64,000 nucleotides of DNA, taken from the NCBI RefSeq assembly GCF_009914755.1, contig NC_060931.1, one strand, 5' to 3'. Below the pieces are notes generated by a model, which made no database searches, was not told where the DNA came from, and saw nothing but the letters and a program-made list of their open reading frames with translations. Shown one piece after another: positions 13,315-27,100 of this stretch; position 1 is the stretch's first letter; the number at the start of each line of letters is the position of its first letter. The stretch comes from the human T2T-CHM13v2.0 reference genome, Homo sapiens. Made by a program: the position numbers and the translations under genes.

Positions 13315-13985
13315 AGCTATTTAGATTTTCCAGAAGCCTTTGACAAGGTTCCACATGAAAAGTTATTTAAAAATAATGAGTCTCCATGGGACTTCGGGCA
13401 GTTTGGCCATGGAGAGAGAGAATTGACTAAGAGACAGGAAAAGACAGATTTCTGCATGGAGAAGTAACTAGTGTTACGACTAGTCTCATTTAATATTTTT
13501 TATAAATGGTCTGGAGGAGGGAGCAGGAAAATGTGCAAATGATTCTAAACTCTTTGGGACAGCAAGAAGGCCAATAACAAAGGTGAACTACAAAAAAAAA
13601 TGGTCCACCCTCTGCAGGGGCTGACAGTTGCCACGTGGCAAATAGCCCTGGGACCATGAGTCTCCCAAGGAAGAGGTCATGCCTGCTGTACTCAGTGCAA
13701 TCCCCAATACATGGTTGGTGCTTAGTAAGTAATTACTGAATAAATGTAAAACAACCACAGTCTCTAATATCTGAGCTGCTAGTTATAATCGAGGTAAGAG
13801 TCAGGATCGAGGAAGGGATCAGAGCCACCATTTACTACTCCCAATACTCGGGCAGCCAAAAAGGCCCACAAAATGTTAGGCAGCATTTAAGTAAGATTTC
13901 ATAGAAAAACAGACAAGCAGAAGCCATCATCTTGGTCAAGTTCACCTGAACATACGAGATCACATTCAGTTCACCGCTCATAAGG
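13315..13985 (+). mobile_element. CR1/L3 LINE fossil containing reverse-transcriptase motifs
   Basis: 13318-13365 translates YLDFPEAFDKVPHEKL (CR1 consensus YLDFxKAFDxVxH). 13529-13552 translates KCANDSKL (degenerate KFADDTKL). A downstream AAKKAHKMLGSI-like segment follows. Confidence 0.8.
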
Positions 13986-14136
13986 TAGGAACACAATCCA
14001 GATGCCTGCAACTCAAGAACAGCCTAGGAAAGACAGCCCATGCCAGAAAGAAATAGTTGAGATGAAAGAAGACACACTGACCAGTGGCCATGGTTCAGTC
14101 ACCAATACAGAGGCCACCCCAACACTTGTAACATGA

Positions 14137-14466
<330 letters not shown>

Positions 14467-14581
14467 TAGATTTCTTATTTTTACATAGTATAGATACTTG
14501 TGGATCACCTAAACAATGAGAAAGGATGAAAACAGAAGTTGATTTTTTTTTTTTTTTTTTGGTAGAAAATGTAAAGAAATT

Positions 14582-14893
<312 letters not shown>

Positions 14894-15625
14894 TCACGAA
14901 GGTACTTTGGTTGTTTGGAAGATGTTAATCTCTGAGGATGACACCAAGGAGGAAACCACATCCCAATCCTGTGTGTCCCTTGACGGAGCGACACATCCCA
15001 CACCCACCATGTGTCTGTTGAATGCCCACTGTTCCAGAGCCTCTCCTAGAGAGAAGAGGTGGTAAGTGCCAGCCCCGCCTTCCAGAAGGCCTGTCTCCTG
15101 GAGGGCTCAGATTTCACACAAATAATGCCAGGTGGCAAATGCTATGGCAGAGGAGTGTTCTAAGGCCTCTCTTTGTTCTTCTCAGGAGATCTAGCCAACT
15201 GGAGTTTAACCAGGGATGATCAGCCCAGCTCCAGGCGAGGCTAGTGGGCAGGGAGCATCATGACCAAGAGCTACCAATATGGCATGCCAGTGATGAGAGC
15301 TTGACTAATACAACACATAGCAGGTAACGTCAGATTTACTCAAAGCCACCTTAGGGGACAAAATCTTTTAGATCAGTAGGAAGGCTGATCTGAAGTAGCA
15401 AAATTAGCAGGACTAATAGATTTCATAAAGACGTAACATACTGAGAGAAGGGTTAGAGTAAAACTTGGAAAAAGGGCGTCTGAGGGGAAGAATTTGATCA
15501 TCTTCCTGCAGCATCATCTTGAGGAGAGAGAGAGACTAGAGAAGATCAGAGAGCCACTGTGTCCTCTGTAGTAGGGAGGGGTGCCCCTGCAGGCCTCACC
15601 TCAGCCCCCGTAGATAGTTCCAGAA

Positions 15626-15949
15626 CAGCACTGGACAATGGAAGATAGTACAAGCCACAAATGTGGGTCACATACGTTATTTAAAATTTTCTAGTAGTGG
15701 CCAAATTTTACAAAACAAGTAAAATTAATTTTCATAATATGTTTAATCTGACCCAATATACCCCAAATATGACATTAGCATGTCTACAAGTATAAAAATT
15801 TTATTGAGATATTTTACATTCTTTTCCTCATACTAACTAAACCTTTGCCACCTGAGGTGCATGTTAAACTTACAGCACAGCTCAGTTTGGAGCAGCCACG
15901 TTTCAGGTGCTCACTATGTGGCCAGAGGCTACCATATTGGACAGCACAA
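15626..15949. mobile_element. MER33-like hAT-Charlie DNA transposon MITE
   Basis: Termini CAGCACTGGACAA...TTGGACAGCACA. Degenerate 8-bp TSD TTCCAGAA/TTCTAGAC fits the hAT NTCTAGAN target preference. Confidence 0.8.
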
Positions 15950-16653
15950 TTCTAGACTATTCTCTTTCCTGTGTATTGATTCTGCATTCACCAAGTGACC
16001 TTGCTAATAATTTGGTTTGGTGACTATCCCCCGGAGGCATGCTCCATTGAGATTTTGCAACCACCCCCAACCCCAACCGGCCCTCCCTCCCCCCTGTCCT
16101 CTGCTGCAACCCCTTTGTGTCTCCCAGGGACCTTCAAGCTACAGCACAGTGCAGTGTGCCCCATTGCCCTTACTTTTTGGGCATTCTTGGGCTGTATGAT
16201 CCAGCCAGCTGTATGGTCCCCATCAAGTCAGAATGCTGCTGCATGGGCCTCATTCTAATCCAGGCTCATTTGATGCACCCATGCCTTCTCTTCCCACACT
16301 CTGGGCAAACCTCCTGCGCAGCAGGACCCCTGGTACCCCTGCTCGTGGGAGGGGACCAACCAGTCAGCCAGAATCGTTGCTGTGGGAGGGGATTCTTGGA
16401 GACTCTTACCTGCACCAAGTAATACTGCCTTGGGAGAGAGTGGTGATAAGTGGGACACCTAGACGGTGGTGGGCATCTGGGGCTGGGGGCAGCAACTGAC
16501 TAACAATTGCATAGATGCATTTCAATATTAACGACTGGTGAGGCCACATGAGCACTTAAGGACTGAGCATCATCTTGCCTGTGCCACACAGAAACCTCCA
16601 CTACAGTGTTCAGTGTGCACTGCACTACTCCACACTACATGCAGCTTACCAAG

Positions 16654-16654
<1 letters not shown>

Positions 16655-16700
<46 letters not shown>
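16655..16700. repeat. (AC)23 microsatellite, read as (UG)23 in the PLXNA4 pre-mRNA
   Basis: Perfect 46-bp dinucleotide run. Confidence 0.98.
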
Positions 16701-16703
<3 letters not shown>

Positions 16704-18529
16704 ACTCTGGGTATCCAGGCATCTGCATCCCCAGCCACTCAGTCCCTGGCCCGGGATCTTCCAAGGCAGCCAGCCCCTTTCCTCCAGCCCTGCTGGCCCC
16801 CTGCCGATCCACCAGTGGGCACCGCCACCTATCTCCATCCCTGGCACGGTGAGTCTCCGCACTGCCAGACAGACTGCTATTGAAACATCAGCAGCGTGGC
16901 CTCCGCAAAGGTCAGCCATCCGGGGAGCTCCTGGCAGCTGCTTGTTTGTTTATTGGAACATTATCTGGGCCGGGCTGTTTATTTACATCCATTGAAGGAT
17001 TGAACAATAAATATAGTCTCCCAGTAGCAGGCAGATGCTTGCACTAGAGCATTCTGGCTGCCGTCTTGCTTGGACTAATCTCCCTAATGAGCAAACAGTG
17101 CTATTCATCTCTAAAGATGCAGGCCACCTCTGCACTCTCCCTTTCCTCTCTCCCTTCACATCCTCCCCAAACTTCCTAATGGAGGTCTACACCTTCGAGA
17201 TTTGGGAGCTGGGCCCAGGTATAAGAATGCAAGGGTGGGCTCTTATCCAACAGGCAGGGAAATAGAGCTGGAACTGTAGATGGAGAGGGGAACAGAGCAA
17301 ACCTGGAGGCATATGTCCCAGGGCAAATCTGAATTCCCCACCTAGACCCTCAAACCTCAAACACAGAGGCACGTGGCAAACCAGCTGGTGGTCAGGACAG
17401 AAGGAGGTCAGGCCTTGCTCACAGGGCCAGAGGTGGAGGGGCTTGTGCGGAGGTGCCCCATATTCCAGCCATGCCAGAGCCAGAGTTAGGCCTTGAAGTG
17501 CCCAGAATTGGAAGGAGATCCCTTGCAACAAAATGCAAACCAGTCAGTTTGCAAAAGGGAGACTTCATTGGGGCAGGCAGGGATAGGTGAGGAGCCGAAG
17601 GAGGGAAGTAAGGGGGCCAGGTTTGGCTCCTCTCAGAAGCCTTGAGCACATGACTTCAGCTCTCCTAGCTGTCCTGAGTCTCTCTCCTGGCTCTGACCTG
17701 GCTCTCAAGGAGGCAGCAACAAAGATCCTTGGCAAGCAATGAGTGACCAGCCGTATCTCTGGCACACAACAGCAGTATGATCTCTCTCAGGAGGGAGCAA
17801 ACTGTGAGCCATTTGGATCATAGATATGCAGCCTACTCAGTTGGACCCACAGGTTCTAAATGATGTAGCCCTCATCACTGTCACTTGGCACCTGAAAGGA
17901 AGAATTAGCACACCAAAGAGTGCCAGAATCAGGCACAGGGTAAGTACTCGTTGAATGAATGAATGAATGGCCTGAGAAGCTGATTCTGGGTCTGAGTTGC
18001 CACAGCTGGAACCAGGAGACACAAATGCACACTCACAGACATGTGTGCACACACATGTATACACATGTGCACTCTCTGGCTCTGAAGATGGGGCCACATC
18101 TCAGCTCAAACACAATCTCTAGAATTTTCCCTTTCTCATTCTGCAGAAAGGGAGAGAGGACAGGTGATACAACCGTGTCTGGGGCAAAGAGGAGCTGGGA
18201 AGGGTGCAGCAGGTTGGCAGCAAGACAGATGCGAATACGGGCATGAGGTCTGAGTAACTTGGCAACTGGCTCGTTGTGGGTTAAACGTCTTCAGAAAGGG
18301 GACCTTCCTTGTGGAAGAGCTGCCTAGTTTGCAGGCTGGTAGACTGGAGGATTTCTCAGTTCCCATCAGACTCTGATGGGCTGCAAGTCCATCTCCCCAC
18401 CAGAGGAGCTCCCTCACACCCCAGGCCCTCACTGCCAATATCCCTACAACCCCACACCAAGGGCATCTGAGAATAAGACTGCACTCATAGAAGCACCTCA
18501 CATCTTCCCCAGGGCTTTTGTTTTTTAAA

Positions 18530-18782
18530 AGTATTCCCTCCTGCCTCTCCCCTGGATTTCCAATCCCCTCTCCCCATTCTGCTTTTGCTTTTTTTCACAG
18601 CGCTTGTCCCCTTCTGACATACTGTGTCCTGCGTTCATTTATGATGGTTATTGTTTACACCCTTGCTAGATCATACACACCACGGGAGCAGAAATCTTTA
18701 TCAAGGGATATATCTCAGACCCTTGAACCGTGCCACAGAGTAGGTGCTCAATAAACATTTGTTGAATAAATGAATGAATGAA
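18530..18782 (+). mobile_element. L2 3' end
   Basis: gtaggtgctcaataaacatttgttgaataaatgaatgaatgaa. Confidence 0.75.
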
Positions 18783-21700
18783 AACACTCAAAGTAATCAT
18801 CTTCATGTTTCTTCATCCTCATGGTGTAGATCTCCCCTATTTTACAGTGAGGGAACCAGTTAGGGGCTTTCCCTCACTGTAACTGGGAGATGCTACAGCA
18901 AAAGTGAAATGGAAACTGCCCAGCCAGGCCCGCGTGGCCGGTAGGTGCCCTGTTTCGCCAGCAGGGTGGACTGTTTGATGCCACATCCGTGCCTTCCTGC
19001 CTTTAGTCTCAGGGCTTGGAAGGTGGGCGTAAACCCTGCTTCTGTGTTCATGCTGCTTAAGCTGCCCCAGAATAGCTCCATGAGGTACTTTGATTTCCTG
19101 ATTCCAGCCAGGAGAAAGGGGATGCAAAGGGAACTGCAAGAGTGTAAACAATAATTAATTAGACAGGCAGTGTGTGTGCACAAATCGTGTGCCGTGTTAC
19201 CAAACACTGCCAGGACAATCGGTCCCTTTGGGTCTCCCATTACACACATTCTCAGAGCCAAATAATGATTTCTATGCTGCCATTAGGAACTTCTTGCCCT
19301 GCGATGTCCAAACCAAAAAGAAACCAGTGATAATGGCCTCCAAACCTTCCCCACCTGCTTGAGTGGTGACACAAAGAACAAGCTACAACTCCAGAAGAGA
19401 AAGATGCTGAAGAAATAAGAAGGGAAGTCAATAGGGCTGATATAAAGAACATACCAGGAAAAGGTTCAAACCAGCAAATTTCACATGTGGAATATTTTGA
19501 AACAGCTTCACTGAGTGCACCATTCCCAGAGACTCACCAGAGAGCACTGTGTGCTAAAGTTACAGGTTTGAAACCTTGGTAGGTCAGCCACCCCGTGACC
19601 CCAGAGCCACAACTTCTTTGGATAGCCTGCATCCTAAAATCTTGGTTGGCCATTTCCCATGTGCCTCTGGTTAGAAAGGAGCCTGGGCCACTCCCACTCC
19701 TAGGAAAACAAGTTCCCATGAATAGGTGGTTAATTCACCACCTGCCATGCGCCACACACCATGCCATGCACTTTACACGCATCAGCTCCTTCTGACACCT
19801 GGCAGATGGACCATGCTCATCCATGCTGCAAAAGACCAGAATCCTGAGCTGGGGTGCACTGGCAGCGCAGGATTTTTGAAGTCCAGGGGCAAACAGCGTG
19901 ACTCCCAACTCTGACACTTAGGAACTGTGCAGCCTCAGACAATCTACTAAACTTTCCTATCACTTTCCTCATATGAAAAACAGAAATAATAACAATACCT
20001 CATTGTTATCATTATTGTGCAAGTATGATAATGTCCCAAGCATGGATAATACTTGGCAGAGTGAGGGGGTTTTGATAAATACTAGCAATGATTAATGTGC
20101 AATGATTACTATTCAAATGAATGGATCTCTATGATTTTCATCCAAGCCCACTGAGAGCACAACCCTGATATAAAGAGGTTAGAAGGTTTCTATATGTGCC
20201 GTAGATAAAGAGGCTAGAAGATGTGGCCTGCAGATTGGACTCCCAACATCTGACAAGTTCACCTAAGGGCAGGAGAGGGAGAAGAGGACCCACAGCTTAG
20301 CTCTGGGCTGTCTGAAGACAATAGAGGGCAGGGAACCAGGACTAAAGAGTCTGTGCTCTTTAGCATGAATTGTACAGAACAAAATGGACCCAGAGAACTT
20401 CCCGTGGCTGCCCTGAAGCTACAGGAATTGTCTAGGAAACCCTGAGTCTGCTTTAACTCAGGAGAGACTCAGAAAGCCAACGACTTTATGGAGGAAGAAC
20501 AAAGCAGTTTCATGCCCATGGTCTGACCAAGCTGCAGGAGGGGAAGTGGAGAACCACAGCCTGGCCTCGCTGAGAGATGCGGCATCTCTGAGGACCCAGG
20601 GAGGATGGAGGGCAGAGGTGGGGCTGGCAGGATGCTGGGGAGATGCAGAGCCAGTCTTCAAAAGCAGAGTCAGTGGCTCTGCATGGTGTCAGGCACAGAG
20701 ACGCAGGCCAGAACCAGGACCGTCAGCTCCTCATCCACACGCCTCTATTGCCTCATCCTACAGCTTGGACAAGCCATGTTCATCTCTGCCCCCACACATG
20801 GGGAGGCTACCTCCTCTCCTCTCTGCCCACACAACTGTTGCAGTGACAAAGGGGTTAATGCCTGCGAGACAATGAGGACTGGGAACAGGTGTGCAAGGAT
20901 GCTGGGGCTGGCACAGTCCATGTTCCTCTCCTGCTGGAAATCTGGCCTCCTCTGGAGTGGGATCCAGCAGGTGCTTCATGCTGTTACACCAGAACCAGGA
21001 GAAAACTCCTGTCTAGCTGGAGGCCCAAAGAAAACAGAAGTAGAGAGAAACCCGGGAATCCAGGGACTCCTGTGTGAGCTGCTACCACACCTTCAGGAGT
21101 CGTCCAGGTACTAACTCAGAGGAAGGATGCTGCTAGCACAGAGCTCGGCACAGGGCAGAGACTCAATAAATCAACTGCACTAGCAAAGGGGGACTTCATT
21201 GCAGCCTCAGAAGCAGCTTCACCTCCCTCTCCCTTCACATCCCAGATTTACCAGTAGGCACCGCCACCCTAGAGTGGCTCCCTTATAAGCTATAGGGTGT
21301 GACAGCCATGAGTGTGTCAACATCTTGAGGGCAGGTCAGTGGTGTAGAGCTTAAGCCTGGGGCTGTGCAGGCAACCAAGCTCGACTGCTGATTCTGTCTA
21401 TTATAGATGTCGTAACCTCAGGCAGGACTTTTCAGACTTGCTTAGCATCCTCAGCTGAAACACAGGTCTCAGAATTTGGAGCTCAGAGCTGCCGTGAGGA
21501 TCTCATCAGGTGAATTGTGAAATGCTCTCAGTTCAGCACCTGATACATGCAATATACATACGTGCCTGTGAGCTGTGGCTAGTTAATACGTAGCCGTGCC
21601 TGGTTAGCCAATGTGAAGATGAAGAGGAGATAATGTGATGCTGATGATGGTGTAGCAGAGCACAGCTTCCCCTAGCAAGGCTCCCTGGCAGCTCTGGGAA

Positions 21701-22442
21701 CACCAGTTGCTTAATAGATGTGTAGTAAATTGACAAATGAACACATGAGTCCCATTAACATTGGAAAAAGATCAGAAGGGTCCCAGCATCCTCAGAGACT
21801 ATCTTCCAAGCTTACATTTCTTTGATGTTCTGTCCTTACAGGACCACCAAACCTCTTTCTAGCACTAAGGGCACCCGCAGCAGCCAGCCCTATATGGCTC
21901 CCATCATCATCCTGTCTGCAGGAAGCCCCGTGGGTCTGTTGCTCAGCCCCCAGGCACTGTTCTGCAATTTCCTTGACAAATAAATAACCCAGGGAGTGTC
22001 AGACAAGTGCGTATTACCTCAACATCTGCTCTCCCTACTGGGCTCTGCCCTAGGTTCTTCCCCTGCAGCCTCATCAAGCTACTGGGGCACCAGCACTTTC
22101 AAGGGGCACTGAGGCTGCCATCCAAGGACAGCTGTGTGTGTGTGAGAGAGGCTAAGAACAGCCCATGTTCACCTATGACAAGGGGCAGAGGTGCAACTTC
22201 CCAGAAGGTGGAGGATGCAACTTCAACAAGGCTGGGGTGCCTTTCTCCATTCACTCCTCATCCCCTTGGGAAGCACGCTGGTCAGAGTGGTGCTGCCTGA
22301 CTTCTGGCAGAAATGATGGAGTTTCATTTTGCAATGTCAGTGCATTTGCAAAGCCCTAGAACAGGAGGGGATTCCAGATTTGCTCAGTTGGGATCTATAC
22401 CAGGATTTCAAAGTAGCCCCAGTTCCTGGGCTATCTAGGATA

Positions 22443-22444
<2 letters not shown>

Positions 22445-22486
<42 letters not shown>

Positions 22487-22490
22487 TGTG
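22445..22490. repeat. (TG)19(CG)2(TG)2 alternating purine-pyrimidine microsatellite
   Basis: Seen directly. Confidence 0.97.
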
Positions 22491-23437
22491 GCCTAAAGGA
22501 GGGTCAGAAGGAAGTGAGGGATGCATGTGACGTTACCCAAGATCCGGCTCATGGAAAACTGAGAATCTCAGAACTCTCCCCAGAGTCTCCCGGTATGATT
22601 CGGTGCCTCCTGTGGGCTCCAGCGGCACTTCCTGCACACCTTGCTTGTGTCACTTATATGCATTGCTACATGGGGTCATGAGCGCTCACTGTCTTCCCCA
22701 CTCCCTAGGAGCTTCTTGAGTGCAGGGGCTACATGTTATTCATCTTACCCAAGCTCACTAGCCAGTAAGTGGAGCACCACACTGAAGTTTACATTTTCTG
22801 GCTTCAAACCTGTACTCAGCAACAATTCTTCTAAAAGTAGGCACTGTAATGTTCAGTGTCACCAGCAAAAACAATTACTAGAGCTTCTTTGAAGAGTGGG
22901 CCTCACTCAGGGCTATCTCATAGATCACCACCCCTTATTGAATCCTTCCCCTCCCCGTCCCACACATCTCTCCAGCACAGACACTGCCCACATCTTACTT
23001 TTTAAAAACAGCAGCTACTCTGGGAAAGAAATACTTGGAACTATCACAAATGAGGACCCGGAAATTCATGAGTCCTGGGGTGAGGCATGTGAATAGTTTA
23101 CAGTCAGAAAATCTGTTCCCAAAGAGACTGTGGGGACAGCCTTCCCTGGGCTTAGAATGCTGGAGCTGAGAAGGGCATCCCTGTCTGGGGATGACATCAC
23201 CAGACAGAGCTGGAATGCACAGATGCAGAAAGCTGGGGGCCCTGGGGCCAGGAGAGAGCTTGGCTGGAAGATCACAAAGGGGCTTTTGACCACCCTCATC
23301 CCAGGAAAAACCACAGAGACCCAGCTTTAAGCCACCCCCGCCCTCAGTTGAGGGGCCTAAAGACATCCTCCTCCAATCAGACGGGTGACCTTTGATCCCA
23401 GTGAGGGAGGCACCAGAGCCAAAGTGCCTTGAAGGAA

Positions 23438-23463
23438 AATAATAATAATAATAATAATAATAA
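23438..23463. repeat. (AAT)8 microsatellite
   Basis: Seen directly. Confidence 0.95.
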
Positions 23464-23914
23464 GTGCCTGTATGGGTTACTCCTTCTGCCAGAAGCCTGT
23501 GGAGTTAGTTGCAGAGAAATCCATTTTAAAATAAGATATTGGAAAACCATTCTCTCCGTCACTGGCCACAGTTATTACAATTATTTATGTGGCATCATCA
23601 AGGCCCATGTGTTTCACAGCAATTAAACTATTGATCTCCCAGCTCTGAGGCACTGAGCAAAAACCTACAGCCACTGGTTCTGGTGCTCTGGGAGTTGCCT
23701 CTCCCCATGTTTCAGATGTGAAAACTGAGCCCGGTGGGGAAGTCACCAAGAACAAGAGAGTCAGGGGATGGCACATTAATATTAATGATCAATATGTTAA
23801 TATAATATGCTAATGGTATATTGACATATCAATAATAATATATCCATTTATCCATTTGGCCAGCACTTACTCTGTCAAAGTGTTAGTTTTTAGGTTTGCC
23901 CAAGAAATTAATAA

Positions 23915-24165
23915 TGCAGTGATTGAAAGCATGGGTTCCAGAGGCCATTAACAAGGGCTTCTACGCAGCTCTGCCAGGACCTAGCTACATGACCTTTGGG
24001 AAATGAGTCAATTTCTCTAACCCCTGGTTTCCTCATCTGGAAGATGCAGATAATAACAGTACCTACCACAATCAGTTGACGTGAAGATTTAATGAGTTAG
24101 TAGATGAAAAGCATTTAGCACACTGCCCAGCACATAATCACAGCTAAACTACAGTTAGCACTTAT
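23915..24165 (+). mobile_element. MIR SINE
   Basis: MIR core: ctagctacatgacctttgggaaatgagtcaatttctctaacccctggtttcctcatctggaagatgcagataataacagtacctacc. Confidence 0.8.
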
Positions 24166-27100
24166 TTACACGAGGGGTCCATGGCTACTCACTGACCCAT
24201 GACACACCTCTGGCAACTCATGTTGCACAGCTACGTCATTGGCAAAGGAGAGAGGGAAGGCTTACCCTCCTGTGAGTCGCTGCACTGAGATTTGAGGGGC
24301 ACTGCATTCTTTTTTGATGGTCTTGAGGCAGGAGCTGCACCTGGACCTCTGTTTGCAGCTGCCCCCTGGATGCACATGGGGGTGGTCCTGAGCTCCAACC
24401 TCCCTCTCTGCCTACCTCACTATACCTATGTCCCCATCACTTTTCCTCAAGCCTAGAGTCAATATTAAGCTAGTAATGGTTACACAAAGTCTTATTTATG
24501 AAATGCATTTAAAGTAATATTATTTAATGTGTTTCAAGGACATGTTAAGGGATAAAATGTATTGGATGGTGGGAGTCTGAGACTGGTTTTGAAATAATTC
24601 TCCTTCCTGAACTTTTTTGCTACAGGAAGTTGCATGTGCCTGGAACATACACTCTTATATTGCATGGTGTGGACAGGGAGAGACTAAAAGTAGGGTGACA
24701 GTAAAGGACTATGATTCTTATCTTGGTCTAGCCAAAAGGCAGTTGGAATAGAGGGTAAGGACAGAGGGAGAAGGAGATGGGGCTTGAAGAATGAAGGACA
24801 AACTCTGGATTGTCACACCTGGGTGGCCAAGGGAATGGTGGGCCCAAGGAGCAAGTTGAAGGGAATGCCGTGTGGGTGGAAAGAAGAAGTGCGGGTCTGA
24901 GATCTGCTGAATGTCACTGGTGGGAGTGTGGCCGATTGACTGTCTCATTGTTTTGGACATTCAGGACTGAATGTCTGCTGGATGTCTGACTGAATGACTT
25001 TCTGCTTAGGCAGAAAGTCATTGCTTAGGACAATTGAGTCACTGTCATTTTAGAGGTGGATTGTGATATCATGATATCAAATCATTTCCCGGAGCCAGAA
25101 TTTAGACGACCACCATGGCAGGCTGGCCCTCCTACCCTGTCTCTAAGGGTCACATCAGACACATTCCATAGATTACAGAATACAGATTGGAAAAGTGCCG
25201 GGGAAAGGGAAGAACACAAATCACTATTTCCTACTTCCCTTCACGTTGCCCCCAGACACTACAGAGGGCTCACTAAGTTGAGGAATAGAATGTTCTCCCA
25301 CTTCTCATCCCAGAAGCTGAAATAGGCTCCATGCATGACCCAACATAAACTTGCAAATGAATAGGCAGTCACTTTGAGGAGCACAGGAAAGACACACCGA
25401 TTTAATTACCTTCTCTGCACCATCACCAGGGTCCTTCAATTTTAGTATCTGAGGAACTTTTCTTTGGATTAAACAGTTTCACAGAACCAAACAAAAGTCT
25501 CATTTTGCACCAAAATTTTCACAATTTTTGCTTAGGGCTGGTTCAGGAACTTCTTTCCAAAGTCTATGTCAAATTAAAAATCCAGAAATACCTACCATTA
25601 TTTAAAAAATAGTAGGGTTTATTTCCCACACTGACCTAAGACTTAAAACAAAACGAAGCCCTCTAAGGGTTGAGTGTGTGGTGTGGCCCCTTCTCCCCAC
25701 AGACCTTCCCCTTGGGTCAGAGCGTTTAGTCGGCCTCATGCCAATGCCCATGACCGGGGGTGCTGGTTCCCTTCTGCTTCTTGGGGCCTTCCATGGTTCA
25801 CCCCCATCAGAGTCTGGAAAGGGAGGCCACGGGAAGTAGGGAAGGGAGGAAGAGGAAGGAAAGGGTGGGAGAGCTGAGGGTTGGAGAATATCAAGAAAAA
25901 CTGAGATTTTACAGGTTGTTACTCTGGGGTTCCAAAAGAGGTCCTCACGGAGGTTCCACATCACCAGACCCTGGGTCCTGTATCAGAACTGTCCTGGGTC
26001 TGCACGCTGGAGTTCACTAACTGGACTTCCAGCCACTTTACTTCCCATCCTCAACGTAGACCAGGAAAAGTCATGATGGAAAGACTTCTTTGTTCCTCCT
26101 CAGCCCAGCAGGGCTCTGATCATGCCAGCTTGTTGTGTTGCAAGACACGAAAAGAAGCCAGCAACAAAATTGTCTTGCGTCACTTAACTTCCTCTCAGAT
26201 TTCTAAGCAGGTAATTATTTCCTCTCCTCCAATGGACTGCAAGCATTTTGGAGGGTTTTTATCAGAGACACTCCATAAATAAAAGTGTCAGGTTATTAAG
26301 GATAATCTTATCCACTCTCCTGAGCAAGTTATCCAGTGGAATATTGTGCTCTTCCTCTGTGGCACTTTCTTCCTTGACTTTTCCATTTGGCACCTAAGTG
26401 AGCCAGGGGAGGATGTGTGAGCAAGGGAGACATTTCTGCTACTGGGGCCTGGGAAACAGGACCAGAGGGGCTTTCACTCCGGTCTGTTCTGTGTGACCTC
26501 TGGGAGGCTTGTTTTCTCTAGTTCATTCCATTGCTGAACATGAGTTGAGCATGTACTGTGTAAAATCCCACCCAGAAATGCACACATTTCAAATAAGATT
26601 TGGCTGGTTTCTACCCTCAAAGACTTCTTGTCCAAAACAAGATTCACAGCACAATTTAAAAAGCAGTTTCACATTGACTTTCTAAATTTAATTCACACCA
26701 CACATAGTAAGGACACAATAAACTTTATTGAATTAATAAATGAACCATGATTCCAGTGAGGGAAGGAGGATGATTATTTGTACTCATGTTGTATCTATGA
26801 ACAAACTAAGACTCAGATGGGCTACATGATGCTCAAAGTTAGATTATAGCTAACAAGTGCTGGATCTCATTTTCGATCAGATATTCTGGTTAAAACCCAA
26901 TACACCTTGGCCCACATCTCACGCCCCTCCCGAGTGAAGCACATTCAAATGATTGACTTCTGTTCTGGTGGCCATGGAGAGGAAGCAGTGGTCAATTCTG
27001 AGGAGTGTGCTTCCCAGAAGAGTGGCAATGTGAGCTGATTGTTAGGAGGAATATGATTCAAATAGCAGGAGCCATGAGGAAGAATATGTCCTAGGCAGGC

